64,000 bases of DNA from a bacterium (GCA_963693055.1 OY843751.1:2016001-2080000), one strand, 5' to 3'; positions 28,934 to 38,560 are shown, numbered from the stretch's first letter. Program-made: numbers and translations. Notes: generated from the letters alone by a model not told the origin.

Positions 28934-30253
28934 ATGAAGCGTAAGTTAATATTTGTTGTGTTGATTTTGGGTATATTTTGTTTTGATTTATTCGCCGGGG
29001 AATACTTTACGCCCATGTTCAACGGACAAGATCTCTCCGGATGGGTGAATGTCAACTGTGCACCAGAAACCTGGACTGTTGAAGACGGTATGATCAAATG
29101 TACCGGGTTGCCAATAGGAGTATTGCGAACTGAACAAATGTATGAAAATTTTATCATGGAACTGGACTATAAGCATATGCAGGAAAAAGGCAATGCCGGT
29201 GTGTTTATCCATTCTGCTCCATTGCCGGTAACGGGCAAGCCCTTTACCAAATCTCACGAAATTCAGATTCTCGACGGTCGCTATACGGAAAATTATACCA
29301 GCGACGGAGATATCTTTTCAATCCAGGGCGCGTTTATGGTGCCGAATCCCATCCATCCTAACGGTTGGATGCGCTCATTGCCGCAGGAGCGACGTGCGAA
29401 TCCGGTAGGCGAGTGGAACCATTATCGCATTGAGAGCAGAGACGGTACAGTAACCCTGGCTGTTAATGGCAAGGTTGTAACCCGTGCATATGATTTGAAT
29501 CCTCGCAAAGGTTATATTTGTCTGGAAGCTGAGGGAGCTTTGATCTATTTTCGTGATGTCAAGATCATGGAACTGCCGGGTACGAATCCCCCTCAGGATG
29601 TTATTGCAGAATCTGACAATGGATTTGTTTCTCTGTTTACAGGACTTGATCTGCGCGGTTGGAAACAGGTCCCCGGCAATAAAGACCACTGGCTTGTCAA
29701 AGACGGAGTGATTGTCTATGATGGTAAAAGTGAGGCAGAGGGAGAAGACAAACATCTGTGGACAGAAAAATCTTATGGTAATTTTATATTCATGGTAGAC
29801 TGGCGTCAGCCCATGGAGCCTTTTGTTGATAATGTACCGGTTATTTTACCTGATGGATCTACCCTTAAGGATGAAAAGGGCAAAGAAATCACGATACCGG
29901 TCAAAGATGCTGGCGACAGTGGCATATACATTCGTGGACATTCAAAGAATCAAATCAATATCTGGAACTGGCCGGTAGGTTCGGGTGAGATTTGGGGATA
30001 TCGTACTGATCAGTCCATGCCGCCACATATAAGACGAGATGCTACTCCGATAGTAAATGCTGATAATCCCATTGGCAAATGGAACCGGTTTGTAATAACC
30101 GTAATAGATGAAACAGTATCCGTTGAGCTTAATGGCGTTACGGTTATCCGAAATGCACATCTTCCGGGTATGGCGAAAACAGGGCCAATTGCATTACAGC
30201 ATCATGGAGACCCGATCGAGTTTACCAATATTTATATCAAGGAATTAAAATAA
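28934..30253 (+). CDS. Tandem DUF1080 (3-keto-disaccharide hydrolase) domain protein, secreted
   Basis: Two repeats: FNGQDLSGW...GEWNHY...GYICLEAEG and FTGLDLRGW...GKWNRF...GPIALQHHG. Confidence 0.9.
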   Translation: MKRKLIFVVLILGIFCFDLFAGEYFTPMFNGQDLSGWVNVNCAPETWTVEDGMIKCTGLPIGVLRTEQMYENFIMELDYKHMQEKGNAGVFIHSAPLPVTGKPFTKSHEIQILDGRYTENYTSDGDIFSIQGAFMVPNPIHPNGWMRSLPQERRANPVGEWNHYRIESRDGTVTLAVNGKVVTRAYDLNPRKGYICLEAEGALIYFRDVKIMELPGTNPPQDVIAESDNGFVSLFTGLDLRGWKQVPGNKDHWLVKDGVIVYDGKSEAEGEDKHLWTEKSYGNFIFMVDWRQPMEPFVDNVPVILPDGSTLKDEKGKEITIPVKDAGDSGIYIRGHSKNQINIWNWPVGSGEIWGYRTDQSMPPHIRRDATPIVNADNPIGKWNRFVITVIDETVSVELNGVTVIRNAHLPGMAKTGPIALQHHGDPIEFTNIYIKELK

Positions 30254-30275
30254 TACAAATATACAGGAGGTTGTG

Positions 30276-31541
30276 ATGGAGTCCAAAATCACACGCAGAG
30301 AATTTATAGGAACAACCGCTGCGGCGGGTGCCGGACTGACAATGGCGTGCAGTTCCAGCAGTGTAAGCAGTTATAAAAGGATTATTGGTGCAAATGACCG
30401 TATATCAATTGGAATTATTGGATGCGGCAGCAGAGGGACTGAAGCGCACATGCCGGGAATACAAAAACATGTTGAAGAAATGAATTTTGAAGTCACAGCT
30501 GTTTGTGATCCTTATCGTGTTGCAAGGGAAAAAGCCAATTCACTTGCAAAAGAATGGTATGGCAGAGATACCCGTCAGTTTGTTTCTCATCTCGATTTGT
30601 TGGCATTAAAAGATGTTGACGCGGTTATGATTGCTTCCTGTGACCACCAGCATGCTACACATTTATTAAATGCCGCCAAAGCCGGCAAGGACATGTATAC
30701 AGAAAAACCGCTTGGCATGGATTTTAAAACCGTTAAAAAGGCTGTCAAGGCAGTAAAAGACGCAGGTTCCATTTGCCAGGTAGGAACGCAATTACGAAGC
30801 ATGGCATCATTTACCGGGTGTAAAGAGTTGTACAAATCCGGCAAATTGGGTAAAGTGAGTCGTGTAGAACAAAACCGCAATACCGGTCGGCCCTATTGGT
30901 ATTCTTATATCAAGGATGTAAAAAAACAAGATCTCGATTGGAAAGAGTTTTTGTTCAATCGTCCCTTTCGTCCATTTGATCCTGTTCAGCACTCTGCCTG
31001 GTATGGATATCGTGATTTTTCTGATGGCCCGGTCCCACAATGGGGTGTTCACTATTTGGATTTGGTGCATTATATAACCGGAACCAGTTTCCCGGAAAGC
31101 TGTGTGTGTTTGGGTACCACATCTACCTGGAAAGATGAACATCATTTTGATGTTCCGGATAATATAGAAGCAACATGGATTTACCCTGAAGGTTTTATGG
31201 TACATTATTCTACCAACTGTGGCAACAGCTTTGGAAATACTTTTAAAATTTATGGTGACCAGGGTGTATTAAAGATGGACCATTGGAGCGAACCCGTACT
31301 TACCGCAGAAGGAGGTACCCAAAATAAAGGTGTTATCAGGGGAGAGCAACCAGTAGAAGGTATTGAACGGCCCGATCATTTTTTAAACTGGTTACAGTGT
31401 TTACGGTCAAAGGAAACACCGCATGCATCTATTGATACAGGACTACAGCATATGGTAGCAGTGGAAATGGCAAGAATGTCATTAGATGAAGGTAAAAAGA
31501 CTGTATTTGATAAGGATAAATTAAAAGTAAAAACTGCCTAA
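30276..31541 (+). CDS. Tat-exported Gfo/Idh/MocA oxidoreductase
   Basis: TRREFI; IIGCGSRG; EKP; WGVHYLD. Confidence 0.92.
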   Translation: MESKITRREFIGTTAAAGAGLTMACSSSSVSSYKRIIGANDRISIGIIGCGSRGTEAHMPGIQKHVEEMNFEVTAVCDPYRVAREKANSLAKEWYGRDTRQFVSHLDLLALKDVDAVMIASCDHQHATHLLNAAKAGKDMYTEKPLGMDFKTVKKAVKAVKDAGSICQVGTQLRSMASFTGCKELYKSGKLGKVSRVEQNRNTGRPYWYSYIKDVKKQDLDWKEFLFNRPFRPFDPVQHSAWYGYRDFSDGPVPQWGVHYLDLVHYITGTSFPESCVCLGTTSTWKDEHHFDVPDNIEATWIYPEGFMVHYSTNCGNSFGNTFKIYGDQGVLKMDHWSEPVLTAEGGTQNKGVIRGEQPVEGIERPDHFLNWLQCLRSKETPHASIDTGLQHMVAVEMARMSLDEGKKTVFDKDKLKVKTA

Positions 31542-31560
31542 ATACTATCCTATATATAAT

Positions 31561-31597
31561 AAAAAACCCGGTTGTCAAATGAGAACCGGGTTTTTTT
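31561..31597. terminator. Bidirectional intrinsic terminator
   Basis: A-run, CCCGGTT...AACCGGG, T-run between convergent genes. Confidence 0.85.
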
Positions 31598-31613
31598 ATA
31601 ATCAATATATAAT

Positions 31614-32648
31614 CTAGATCGAATCAAAATGTTCCTGGAAATTGGCTGCTGATTTTAAATCTTCGATCATGGTTTCATAAGTTTCCTGGCGTTTGGTTTG
31701 TTTCAAACGAGCTTCAAGTTCGGTTTTAACTTCGTCAAGAGGTTTGGTCTCATTTTTACGGTCCATAACTTTGATGATATGATAACCATATTGGGTTTCA
31801 ACCAGATCACTGATAGAGCCAATTGGCAGATCAAAAGATGCATCTTCAAAAGGTTTAACCATGCGACCTCTACCAAAGTCTTCATATAAACCGCCATTGT
31901 CTTTTGAACCTGGATCTTCAGAATATTCTTTTGCAAGTGCGGCAAAATCTTCACCATCTTTTGCGCGTTTCAGAATTTCTTCAGCTTTACCTTTTACTTC
32001 TTGTTTTTCTTCATCGGTTTTGCCCTGGGTCATAAAAAGGATATGACGAACAGATGCGGTTTTGGGCTCATTGTATGCTTTTTCAAGTTCTTCATCAGAA
32101 ATTGCGAGGTCGGTTTCAACTTTGTTCTTGATGAATTCCTGAATGTGCATTGACATACGAACATCATTTTCTACATAAGGTAAATCAAAACCCTGTTGTT
32201 CTATAAACTCTACAAATTTTTCTTTGCCGCCTCTGCTCTGGAAAAATTTTTCCATTTGTGTGTTAACCGTACTATCTGAAACACTAATGCCTTCTTTGAT
32301 GGCTTTGGCGTAAAGTAATTTTTTTTCTGCTTCGCCATTTGCACCTTGTTCCAGATAAGATTTTAAACGATCTACCGGAATGCTGGAAATATTATCTTTG
32401 AATCTGCCAAAAGCTGAAAAAATACCAGGCATAATATCATACGACCAAATTGTAAAATCATTTGAAGTAACAAGTTTTACAGCTTTATCAGGATCCAGGG
32501 CTTTGATACCCAAGGAATCACTAACGGTTTTAAAGAAACTGTACTGTTCAGATTCTTTGGCAAATGGGAGTTTGGGACCTTTTTGCCCACAGCCGGCCAG
32601 TATGGCAATCAACAATATTATTCCAGTAAGAGTAAAAAGTTTTTTCAT
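31614..32648 (-). CDS. PpiC-type peptidyl-prolyl isomerase (PrsA/SurA-like lipoprotein)
   Basis: Lipobox LAGC; VRHIL, YSEDPGS..NGG, MVKPFE, GYHII. Confidence 0.9.
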   Translation of the reverse strand: MKKLFTLTGIILLIAILAGCGQKGPKLPFAKESEQYSFFKTVSDSLGIKALDPDKAVKLVTSNDFTIWSYDIMPGIFSAFGRFKDNISSIPVDRLKSYLEQGANGEAEKKLLYAKAIKEGISVSDSTVNTQMEKFFQSRGGKEKFVEFIEQQGFDLPYVENDVRMSMHIQEFIKNKVETDLAISDEELEKAYNEPKTASVRHILFMTQGKTDEEKQEVKGKAEEILKRAKDGEDFAALAKEYSEDPGSKDNGGLYEDFGRGRMVKPFEDASFDLPIGSISDLVETQYGYHIIKVMDRKNETKPLDEVKTELEARLKQTKRQETYETMIEDLKSAANFQEHFDSI

Positions 32649-32839
32649 TACAATCTCCGGTTTATAATTATTAAAATTATCAACTATGAATATATAAAAA
32701 TAAAGGGGGAATCCCTATAGTTTTTTATTAATATATCAAATATTCAATAAAAACCAAACCGATTTTGTTTGGAATCGACTATTATACGAATGATGAAATA
32801 AAAAGTTCAATTATTTATCGTATTTGAATGAAAATATTA

Positions 32840-32913
32840 CTTATATTTCTAGAATTATCGAAATACTGTTTGGTAACCTTTCGTAATCTTATATTTCTAG
32901 AATTATGGAAATA
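32840..32913. promoter_or_regulatory. Two direct copies (48-bp period) of a palindromic ArsR-type operator
   Basis: CTTATATTTCTAGAATTAT(C/G)GAAATA at 32840-32865 and 32888-32913. Confidence 0.7.
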
Positions 32914-32928
32914 ATGTGACAAAAAAAA

Positions 32929-33228
32929 CTAGTAATCTATTCCTTTACAGCAATTTTCCTGTAAATACAACAAGACATCGTTAAGCGCACGATACTGAGC
33001 TATGCAATAGAGTGTACGACTTTTGCGGGTTTGTTTAACAAGCCCAACATTTACCATGCGGGAGATATGGTGAGAGAGTGTAGAGTTGGGGATTTGTAAC
33101 GCCTTTTGAACTTCTCCAACAGGCAATCCCTGATCACCGGCTTGTATTAACGTTCTGTAAATTGCAAGACGATGAACATGCCCCAATTCCGCCAAACGAT
33201 TTGCGATTGTTTCATCATAATTAAACAT
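32929..33228 (-). CDS. arsR: ArsR/SmtB family regulator with C-terminal CC
   Basis: LAELGH..RL.IY..L..AG..G..VG, PNSTLSHH, ENCC. Confidence 0.85.
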   Translation of the reverse strand: MFNYDETIANRLAELGHVHRLAIYRTLIQAGDQGLPVGEVQKALQIPNSTLSHHISRMVNVGLVKQTRKSRTLYCIAQYRALNDVLLYLQENCCKGIDY

Positions 33229-33233
33229 ATTAA

Positions 33234-33287
33234 AAGATAGTGAATTGATTTATATTTGTCAACTATATTTTTAGAATTATCGAAATA
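33234..33287 (-). promoter_or_regulatory. arsR promoter (probably leaderless transcript) and third operator copy
   Basis: Minus strand TTGACA (33262-33257)-N17-TATCTT (33239-33234), placing +1 at or near the ATG at 33228; TATTTTTAGAATTATCGAAATA at 33266-33287. Confidence 0.65.
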
Positions 33288-33356
33288 ATATTTGTTCTTT
33301 TAAATAAATTTATAAAATTAATCTTTTTTATTGTACTAATAATATCGAAATATTGA

Positions 33357-33764
33357 TTATTCGTTTTCCTGAGGTTCCGGATCCATATACAACAATTCCC
33401 AGGTATGCCCGTCAAGATCCTGAAATCCGTGTCCATACATGAATCCATAGTCTTGCGGATCGTTGTAAACTGTACCGCCTGCTCTGATGGCATCCCGCAC
33501 CAGCTCATCTACTTTGGCCCGTTCGTTTAGTGTGAGACTTATCAGGACCTCTGTATTTTCAGTAGCATCTGAAATGGGTTTGGGTGAAAATGTTTTAAAT
33601 TTTTCTTCTGTGAGAAGCATAACAAATATATTTTCAGAAACCGTCATGCAGGTACCGGTTTCATCTGTAAATTGCGGATCAAAAGTAAACCCCATTTTGC
33701 TGAAAAATGCTATGGATGCATCGAGGTCTTTGACTGGCAGATTGATATATATCTGATTTACCAT
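33357..33764 (-). CDS. VOC/glyoxalase family protein
   Basis: IYINLPVKDL..S..FF, FMYG..FQDLDGH.WE. Confidence 0.9.
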   Translation of the reverse strand: MVNQIYINLPVKDLDASIAFFSKMGFTFDPQFTDETGTCMTVSENIFVMLLTEEKFKTFSPKPISDATENTEVLISLTLNERAKVDELVRDAIRAGGTVYNDPQDYGFMYGHGFQDLDGHTWELLYMDPEPQENE

Positions 33765-33917
33765 GATTTACCTCCATTAATAGTAAATAGCGTGTATTAT
33801 TGTTTTAATTTATTATTGATTAGAAGTTTTAAACAATAATATAGAGGTAAATCATCCAATAGCATAATCTATTTAGATTGATGCTTTATTCTGCTTATGA
33901 TGTCGATAATTTGGTGC

Positions 33918-34466
33918 TTATTCAAAGTACCCAAGTGCAATACAAAAATCGATAACAATGTAAGATGCATTGGGATTATAATTCCCGGTTATCTCAAATC
34001 CTATTCCCAATATATATGGCATATGAAACAAAGTTTGAATATTGACTATAACTCCTGGTTTATAATCCACGGTTTTGGACGTACTATAACCTGTGAATTC
34101 TGAAACCCTACGCCAATTGGTCATTGAAAGGCCCCCATTTATTGATAGATCTACTTGGGGACGATATATATTATACCCTGCCATGGCCCAAATGCAGTTA
34201 ATGGTTAATCCTTCTTCTCCCATTGTAGTTGCTCCGACAGCGAATTTGTATTGGTTGGGTATGAAATGTAATCCGCCATTCAAATAATATAAATGATCTC
34301 TTTTAAATTTATTGTCAACCTGAGCTTGTGAAAATCCCACTCCTGCTTGCAGCCAGATGGAATTGCGATTTTTTATCTGTTCATCCCAGTTATTTTCCTG
34401 CGTTTCCTGTGCTGTTAACAATACAGGAGAGAAAAATAAAAGTATCAGTAGAATCTTTTTTATCAT
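33918..34466 (-). CDS. Hypothetical secreted/outer-membrane beta-strand protein
   Basis: Signal peptide; alternating beta-strand pattern. Confidence 0.55.
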   Translation of the reverse strand: MIKKILLILLFFSPVLLTAQETQENNWDEQIKNRNSIWLQAGVGFSQAQVDNKFKRDHLYYLNGGLHFIPNQYKFAVGATTMGEEGLTINCIWAMAGYNIYRPQVDLSINGGLSMTNWRRVSEFTGYSTSKTVDYKPGVIVNIQTLFHMPYILGIGFEITGNYNPNASYIVIDFCIALGYFE

Positions 34467-34484
34467 AATACAATACCCCCAAAG

Positions 34485-35381
34485 TTAAAAGAAATCATGC
34501 AGTTTGAATTCAATAACAAGTCCGAATTTGATATATAAAAAGGTCTTGAATACATCATTGTCAAAGTCGTGAAACGTATCCGCGTCCCAGAATATGAGTC
34601 CGGGGGAAATATACCCGCCAAGATTTACATCATAAAATTGTGCAATGTTAACCCCGATCCCGATATATAGTTCATTGCCACTGAGAATGTCCCATGTGAT
34701 TCTGTCCCGGTCAATATATCCGCCATTAATGGTTTCTTCAATGATTATTGGGTTTTTGTATTTCCAGTACATGAAATTTTTAAACGAGACGCCTAAAAAC
34801 ATATTCAGGCCCATAAATGTATGTGGCGGCGTGGTATATGCTTTTACTTCAATACCCGCACTGATAATCCTGACACTGTTTTTGATTGAATACGCGTACT
34901 GGTTTGTGTGGGAAACCGGCGACCAGGCATATTCGAGATAAATTTTCAGTAATGTCTTTTTATTGATATGCCCCGCAATATACAAATTAACATTTTGTAT
35001 ACCTGTATAATCCCCGCTGTTTAACAGCCCCGAGCCTATTTTTAAACCCAGATACCCGGTATTGTATTCTTTATCTTCCTCGGGATCAAAATGTTGAGGT
35101 GGAGAAGGAGGGTTGGGTGTATGCTTTATCTCATTTTTTCTTTCTTCATTGTTTGCAAAATTTCTGGTTTCCTGAAAGTCATTATACTCGTCTTCAAGGT
35201 ATTGATCATAAACATCTGCCTCGGTTTCAATGGCTCTGTCGCCCTCGTGCTCGTCCGATGCTTTTTCCATTGCTTCAGAAAGAGAACCCCGGCTTGTATG
35301 GCTTGCTGTACTACAGTGTATAAATGTTATGGACGAAATTAACATTATCAAGAGTTGTAGATAATTTAGACGAGTTTTCAT
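34485..35381 (-). CDS. Hypothetical lipoprotein/outer-membrane beta-barrel protein
   Basis: Signal with Cys; acidic/Pro-rich N-region; aromatic beta strands; C-terminal F. Confidence 0.55.
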   Translation of the reverse strand: MKTRLNYLQLLIMLISSITFIHCSTASHTSRGSLSEAMEKASDEHEGDRAIETEADVYDQYLEDEYNDFQETRNFANNEERKNEIKHTPNPPSPPQHFDPEEDKEYNTGYLGLKIGSGLLNSGDYTGIQNVNLYIAGHINKKTLLKIYLEYAWSPVSHTNQYAYSIKNSVRIISAGIEVKAYTTPPHTFMGLNMFLGVSFKNFMYWKYKNPIIIEETINGGYIDRDRITWDILSGNELYIGIGVNIAQFYDVNLGGYISPGLIFWDADTFHDFDNDVFKTFLYIKFGLVIEFKLHDFF

Positions 35382-35398
35382 TTGCCCCTCAATGGTAT

Positions 35399-36121
35399 CT
35401 ATTCTATTCTTTTAGTCCCTTGAATTATATTGCCTGTGTACAGGCGCATAACGTACTCGAGTCCGGTTTGTTGTTTAATCATTTGGTCCAAGTCTTTGAA
35501 TGAATTGAGGGCTTTTTGATCTTTGAATGTTTCTCCGGGAACATATATGTTCAGAAACAGGGTGTCAGATTCTATGGTCAACTCAACATGCTTTTGATGG
35601 CTTTTATTGAAAAAGCCGGATTTTATAAATGTTTCACCCAAATCCATTACTGTTTGATCGTTTACCTGTTTTTGGGGATAAAGGATCTCATGTTGTATGG
35701 TGCCGAATGTCATGGTTTCCGTATTGGGATTGGGTATCAATACAAACAAAATAAAAAATACAACAAAAAGAGCTATCCCAATCAGGCTCCATAAAAATCC
35801 ATCTTTAAAAGTAGAAGGGAGAATGCCTTGTTCAATACTGGCATCAATTGCTTCTCCCTGTAGCTTTTTAGCCAGTGCTCCGGTTAAAAATGCAATAATG
35901 AGTGGAATGATAACAGAAGGTATATTGGAAACCCAATTTTCCGGTAGCAAAATCGCAATTCCCATCAGTGCAATTGTAAATAGAAAACCTATAACAAGAG
36001 ATAGTTTGGCTTTTAAGGGTTCATTAAATATTTTAAAATTTTTGTAAAACAGGATACCCCCTGCCCAGGGACCTCCGATCAATGTTACTGCTCTGATTGT
36101 GTTGATTGTATTGATTTTCAT
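35399..36121 (-). CDS. Hypothetical membrane protein
   Basis: T..GGP.AG..L...NF motif; four TM segments plus soluble C-domain. Confidence 0.6.
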   Translation of the reverse strand: MKINTINTIRAVTLIGGPWAGGILFYKNFKIFNEPLKAKLSLVIGFLFTIALMGIAILLPENWVSNIPSVIIPLIIAFLTGALAKKLQGEAIDASIEQGILPSTFKDGFLWSLIGIALFVVFFILFVLIPNPNTETMTFGTIQHEILYPQKQVNDQTVMDLGETFIKSGFFNKSHQKHVELTIESDTLFLNIYVPGETFKDQKALNSFKDLDQMIKQQTGLEYVMRLYTGNIIQGTKRIE

Positions 36122-36291
36122 TAAAATATCCCCATGCGAAGCTAAAGTAGTAAAAAAACTCCCCATCCCGGTTGTTAATTTTTTAAAATAGAAGAATTAT
36201 TCAAAAGATGCAAGAAAATCTATTCTATTAAAAAGGTCGATTTACCTGTCATGTGACTGAAAATCCCCTTTTGTGATGAAAACTACATAAT

Positions 36292-36966
36292 TTACTTGGC
36301 CGTTTCTTCCGAAATTACTGCCGATGGGCACAATTCTTTGATAGGACAAATATCGCATTGGGGTTTGCGAGCGTAACAGACGTTACGTCCCAAATGGAGA
36401 AAGTTCATATGCAGAGAGTAGGATTTACCTTCAGGGACCAATGGCTGCATCATGTGATGTGTTTTTTCGGCGGTGGCGTTTTCCGGCACAAGTCCCAGGC
36501 GTTTACATATACGATGGACATGTGTATCCACCGGGAAAATATCCACACCGCATGTGAACATGAGCACAACACTGACGGTTTTAATACCTACGCCTTTAAG
36601 CTGGATGAATGTATCTATCACTTCCTGCGGGTTCATATCGCATAAAAAATCCAGGTCAAAGGTCCCATAGGTGTCATATACCCATTTTAATACATCTTTG
36701 ATACGAACACTTTTTTGATTGCCTAGTCCGGCTGGACGAATAGCATCTGCAATTTCTGTTGCAGGTGCGTTCATGACCGCTTCCCAATCGTCAAAACGAT
36801 TTTTTAAGCGTTCATATGCCGTATCACGGTTTTTATCGTTGGTACTTTGCGATAAAATGGTTAATATTAGGCTGCCCAACGGTTTACCCCGGCCTTCAAA
36901 TTCAGGTGTACCAAAGGCTTTTTCTAGTCGTTCTGTTATCTGTTGTGTTTTTGTATTGGAGTCCAT
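36292..36966 (-). CDS. nth: Endonuclease III-like HhH-GPD DNA glycosylase
   Basis: TILSQST, LKGVGIKT, FPVDTHV.RI, C-x6-C-x2-C-x5-C Fe-S motif. Confidence 0.85.
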   Translation of the reverse strand: MDSNTKTQQITERLEKAFGTPEFEGRGKPLGSLILTILSQSTNDKNRDTAYERLKNRFDDWEAVMNAPATEIADAIRPAGLGNQKSVRIKDVLKWVYDTYGTFDLDFLCDMNPQEVIDTFIQLKGVGIKTVSVVLMFTCGVDIFPVDTHVHRICKRLGLVPENATAEKTHHMMQPLVPEGKSYSLHMNFLHLGRNVCYARKPQCDICPIKELCPSAVISEETAK

Positions 36967-36969
36967 TTT

Positions 36970-37440
36970 ATGAAGTTCCCTACAAGGTATATTACTACTG
37001 CTGCAATTATTGGGGCGCTTTACGCGGCCCTGACTATAGTCCTTTTACCCATCAGTTATGGACCTATTCAGGTCCGAATATCAGAAGCGTTAACTGTGTT
37101 GCCGTTCCTGTTTCCACAGGCTATACCCGGATTATTTTTGGGCTGCATGGTAGCCAATATCTTTGGTGGTTTTGGCCCAATCGATATTTTTGCGGGCAGT
37201 TTTTTAACGCTGGTAGCTGCCATAGTAACCTGGTGGCTGCGACGCACCAACAAGCCCTGGTTGGCACCCTTGCCGCCGGTGCTGGTTAATGCTTTTGGTG
37301 TTAGTGTCTATGTTTCAATTTTGGCAGGTATCCCATATTGGGTATTGGTATTTCAGATCGGATTGGGACAACTTGCAGCCTGTTATGGGCTGGGTCTGCC
37401 GTTGTTATACGCGCTTAAAAAACGATTTAAACAAAATTGA
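36970..37440 (+). CDS. queT: QueT family queuosine-precursor transporter
   Basis: AAIIGALY, PISYGPIQVRISEAL..LP, GC..AN, LPPVLVNA. Confidence 0.88.
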   Translation: MKFPTRYITTAAIIGALYAALTIVLLPISYGPIQVRISEALTVLPFLFPQAIPGLFLGCMVANIFGGFGPIDIFAGSFLTLVAAIVTWWLRRTNKPWLAPLPPVLVNAFGVSVYVSILAGIPYWVLVFQIGLGQLAACYGLGLPLLYALKKRFKQN

Positions 37441-37738
37441 TTCTAGCTTCCGGGGGAAGCAGTTTCTTTATAGATGACGCAAATTGCTGATCTGTTATTC
37501 CTATCACAGCAACCTCTCTGTCAAATAATACTCTAAATTGTTGTTTATCTGCATATTGGAATGCAGAGACCTTGACTGGTTTTCCGAACAGTTTGCTGAT
37601 TTTGTCTGATGCATCTGTTGCAATCAATAATAGATAAACCTGGTTGCGATCCAGCGCTTTTTGTACCGCTGATCTTCCAATGACAATTCTGCCTGCTTTT
37701 TTTGCAAAACCTACTAATGTAAAAACTTGATCATTCAT
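37427..37738 (-). CDS. Ribosomal protein L7Ae-family protein (YlxQ-like)
   Basis: LVGFAKKAGRIVIG, IATDAS, AVIGITD..FA. Confidence 0.85.
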   Translation of the reverse strand: MNDQVFTLVGFAKKAGRIVIGRSAVQKALDRNQVYLLLIATDASDKISKLFGKPVKVSAFQYADKQQFRVLFDREVAVIGITDQQFASSIKKLLPPEARINFV

Positions 37739-38006
37739 TTTTTAATCCATTCAAAAGTTGAGGGCCTGCATCCGTATTCAAATGTCTGCGCAGAGACCTC
37801 TCGAATGCCCTGGTTTTTATGGCTTTTTCCAGGCATGCCATATTATTACATATATATGCACCGCGTCCGTTCATATTTTGTGCAGAATCAGCGGTTAAAT
37901 TTCCTGTGTTGTCGCATACAATTCTTAAAAGATTGTGCTTTTCTGTTTTTCGTCGGCACGCAATACATGTACGTTGTGCGATATGTTTCGTTTCAATTGA
38001 CATCAT
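37731..38006 (-). CDS. ylxR: YlxR (DUF448) RNA-binding protein
   Basis: QRTCIACR, LLRIV, GRGAYIC...C. Confidence 0.9.
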   Translation of the reverse strand: MMSIETKHIAQRTCIACRRKTEKHNLLRIVCDNTGNLTADSAQNMNGRGAYICNNMACLEKAIKTRAFERSLRRHLNTDAGPQLLNGLKNE

Positions 38007-38008
38007 TT

Positions 38009-38560
38009 TCACCAGGGTTTTGCCAGTATTTCGCGCACCCGAATGTCAAAAAAACGGTTGGAAGATTCTGCTGCTACAATCATCGCAGTATCCGCACCTT
38101 TGGCGGTACCTGCTACGGTAATAATATCGGTAGGGGGTAAAAGTCCCGCATCACAAACCATAGCAGCCATCTCAATACCCACCTTGACGCCCTGACCCAC
38201 CATTCGCAGCGATTTGTTAATGAGCTCCTCCTGAGAATAGCCAAATGATTTACGAATTGCAGAACCCTGATTGCGTAGCACCATCGTGCCGGTATGAACG
38301 GTGATCCCGTTATTTATTAGCATTTTTCGTATTTCAGTATCAAATTGTTGCTCACCGCTTTTGGCAAAACCGGTGTTATGTGTTACAATGATAATATTAG
38401 CACTTAAGGAGGGATGTAGTTCCAATACTGCTTTGGCAGTTTCACCTGTTGTAGATGCTATAATAATATGTTCAATACCTCTTGATTTTGCTTCTTTAAA
38501 AGCAATTTCAAGGGTTTGAATTGTGTTTTCTGGTCCGTTTTTTTGAAAAGAAATGCTCAT
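38009..38560 (-). CDS. Pyruvate kinase alpha/beta-domain-like protein (MTH1675/DUF1867 type)
   Basis: GPENT..TL, IASTTGETA, VTH..GF, QGVKV.IE..AM..DAG, GT..GADTA, VREIL.KP. Confidence 0.85.
   Translation of the reverse strand: MSISFQKNGPENTIQTLEIAFKEAKSRGIEHIIIASTTGETAKAVLELHPSLSANIIIVTHNTGFAKSGEQQFDTEIRKMLINNGITVHTGTMVLRNQGSAIRKSFGYSQEELINKSLRMVGQGVKVGIEMAAMVCDAGLLPPTDIITVAGTAKGADTAMIVAAESSNRFFDIRVREILAKPW

Noticed and set aside
32840-32913. 26-bp direct repeats as a mini-CRISPR array
   Set aside because: Only two copies with a 22-nt spacer, no cas genes, and the same motif recurs at the arsR promoter, which fits an operator.
36900-36969. preQ1 riboswitch upstream of queT
   Set aside because: The region is nth coding sequence and no preQ1 consensus was recognisable.
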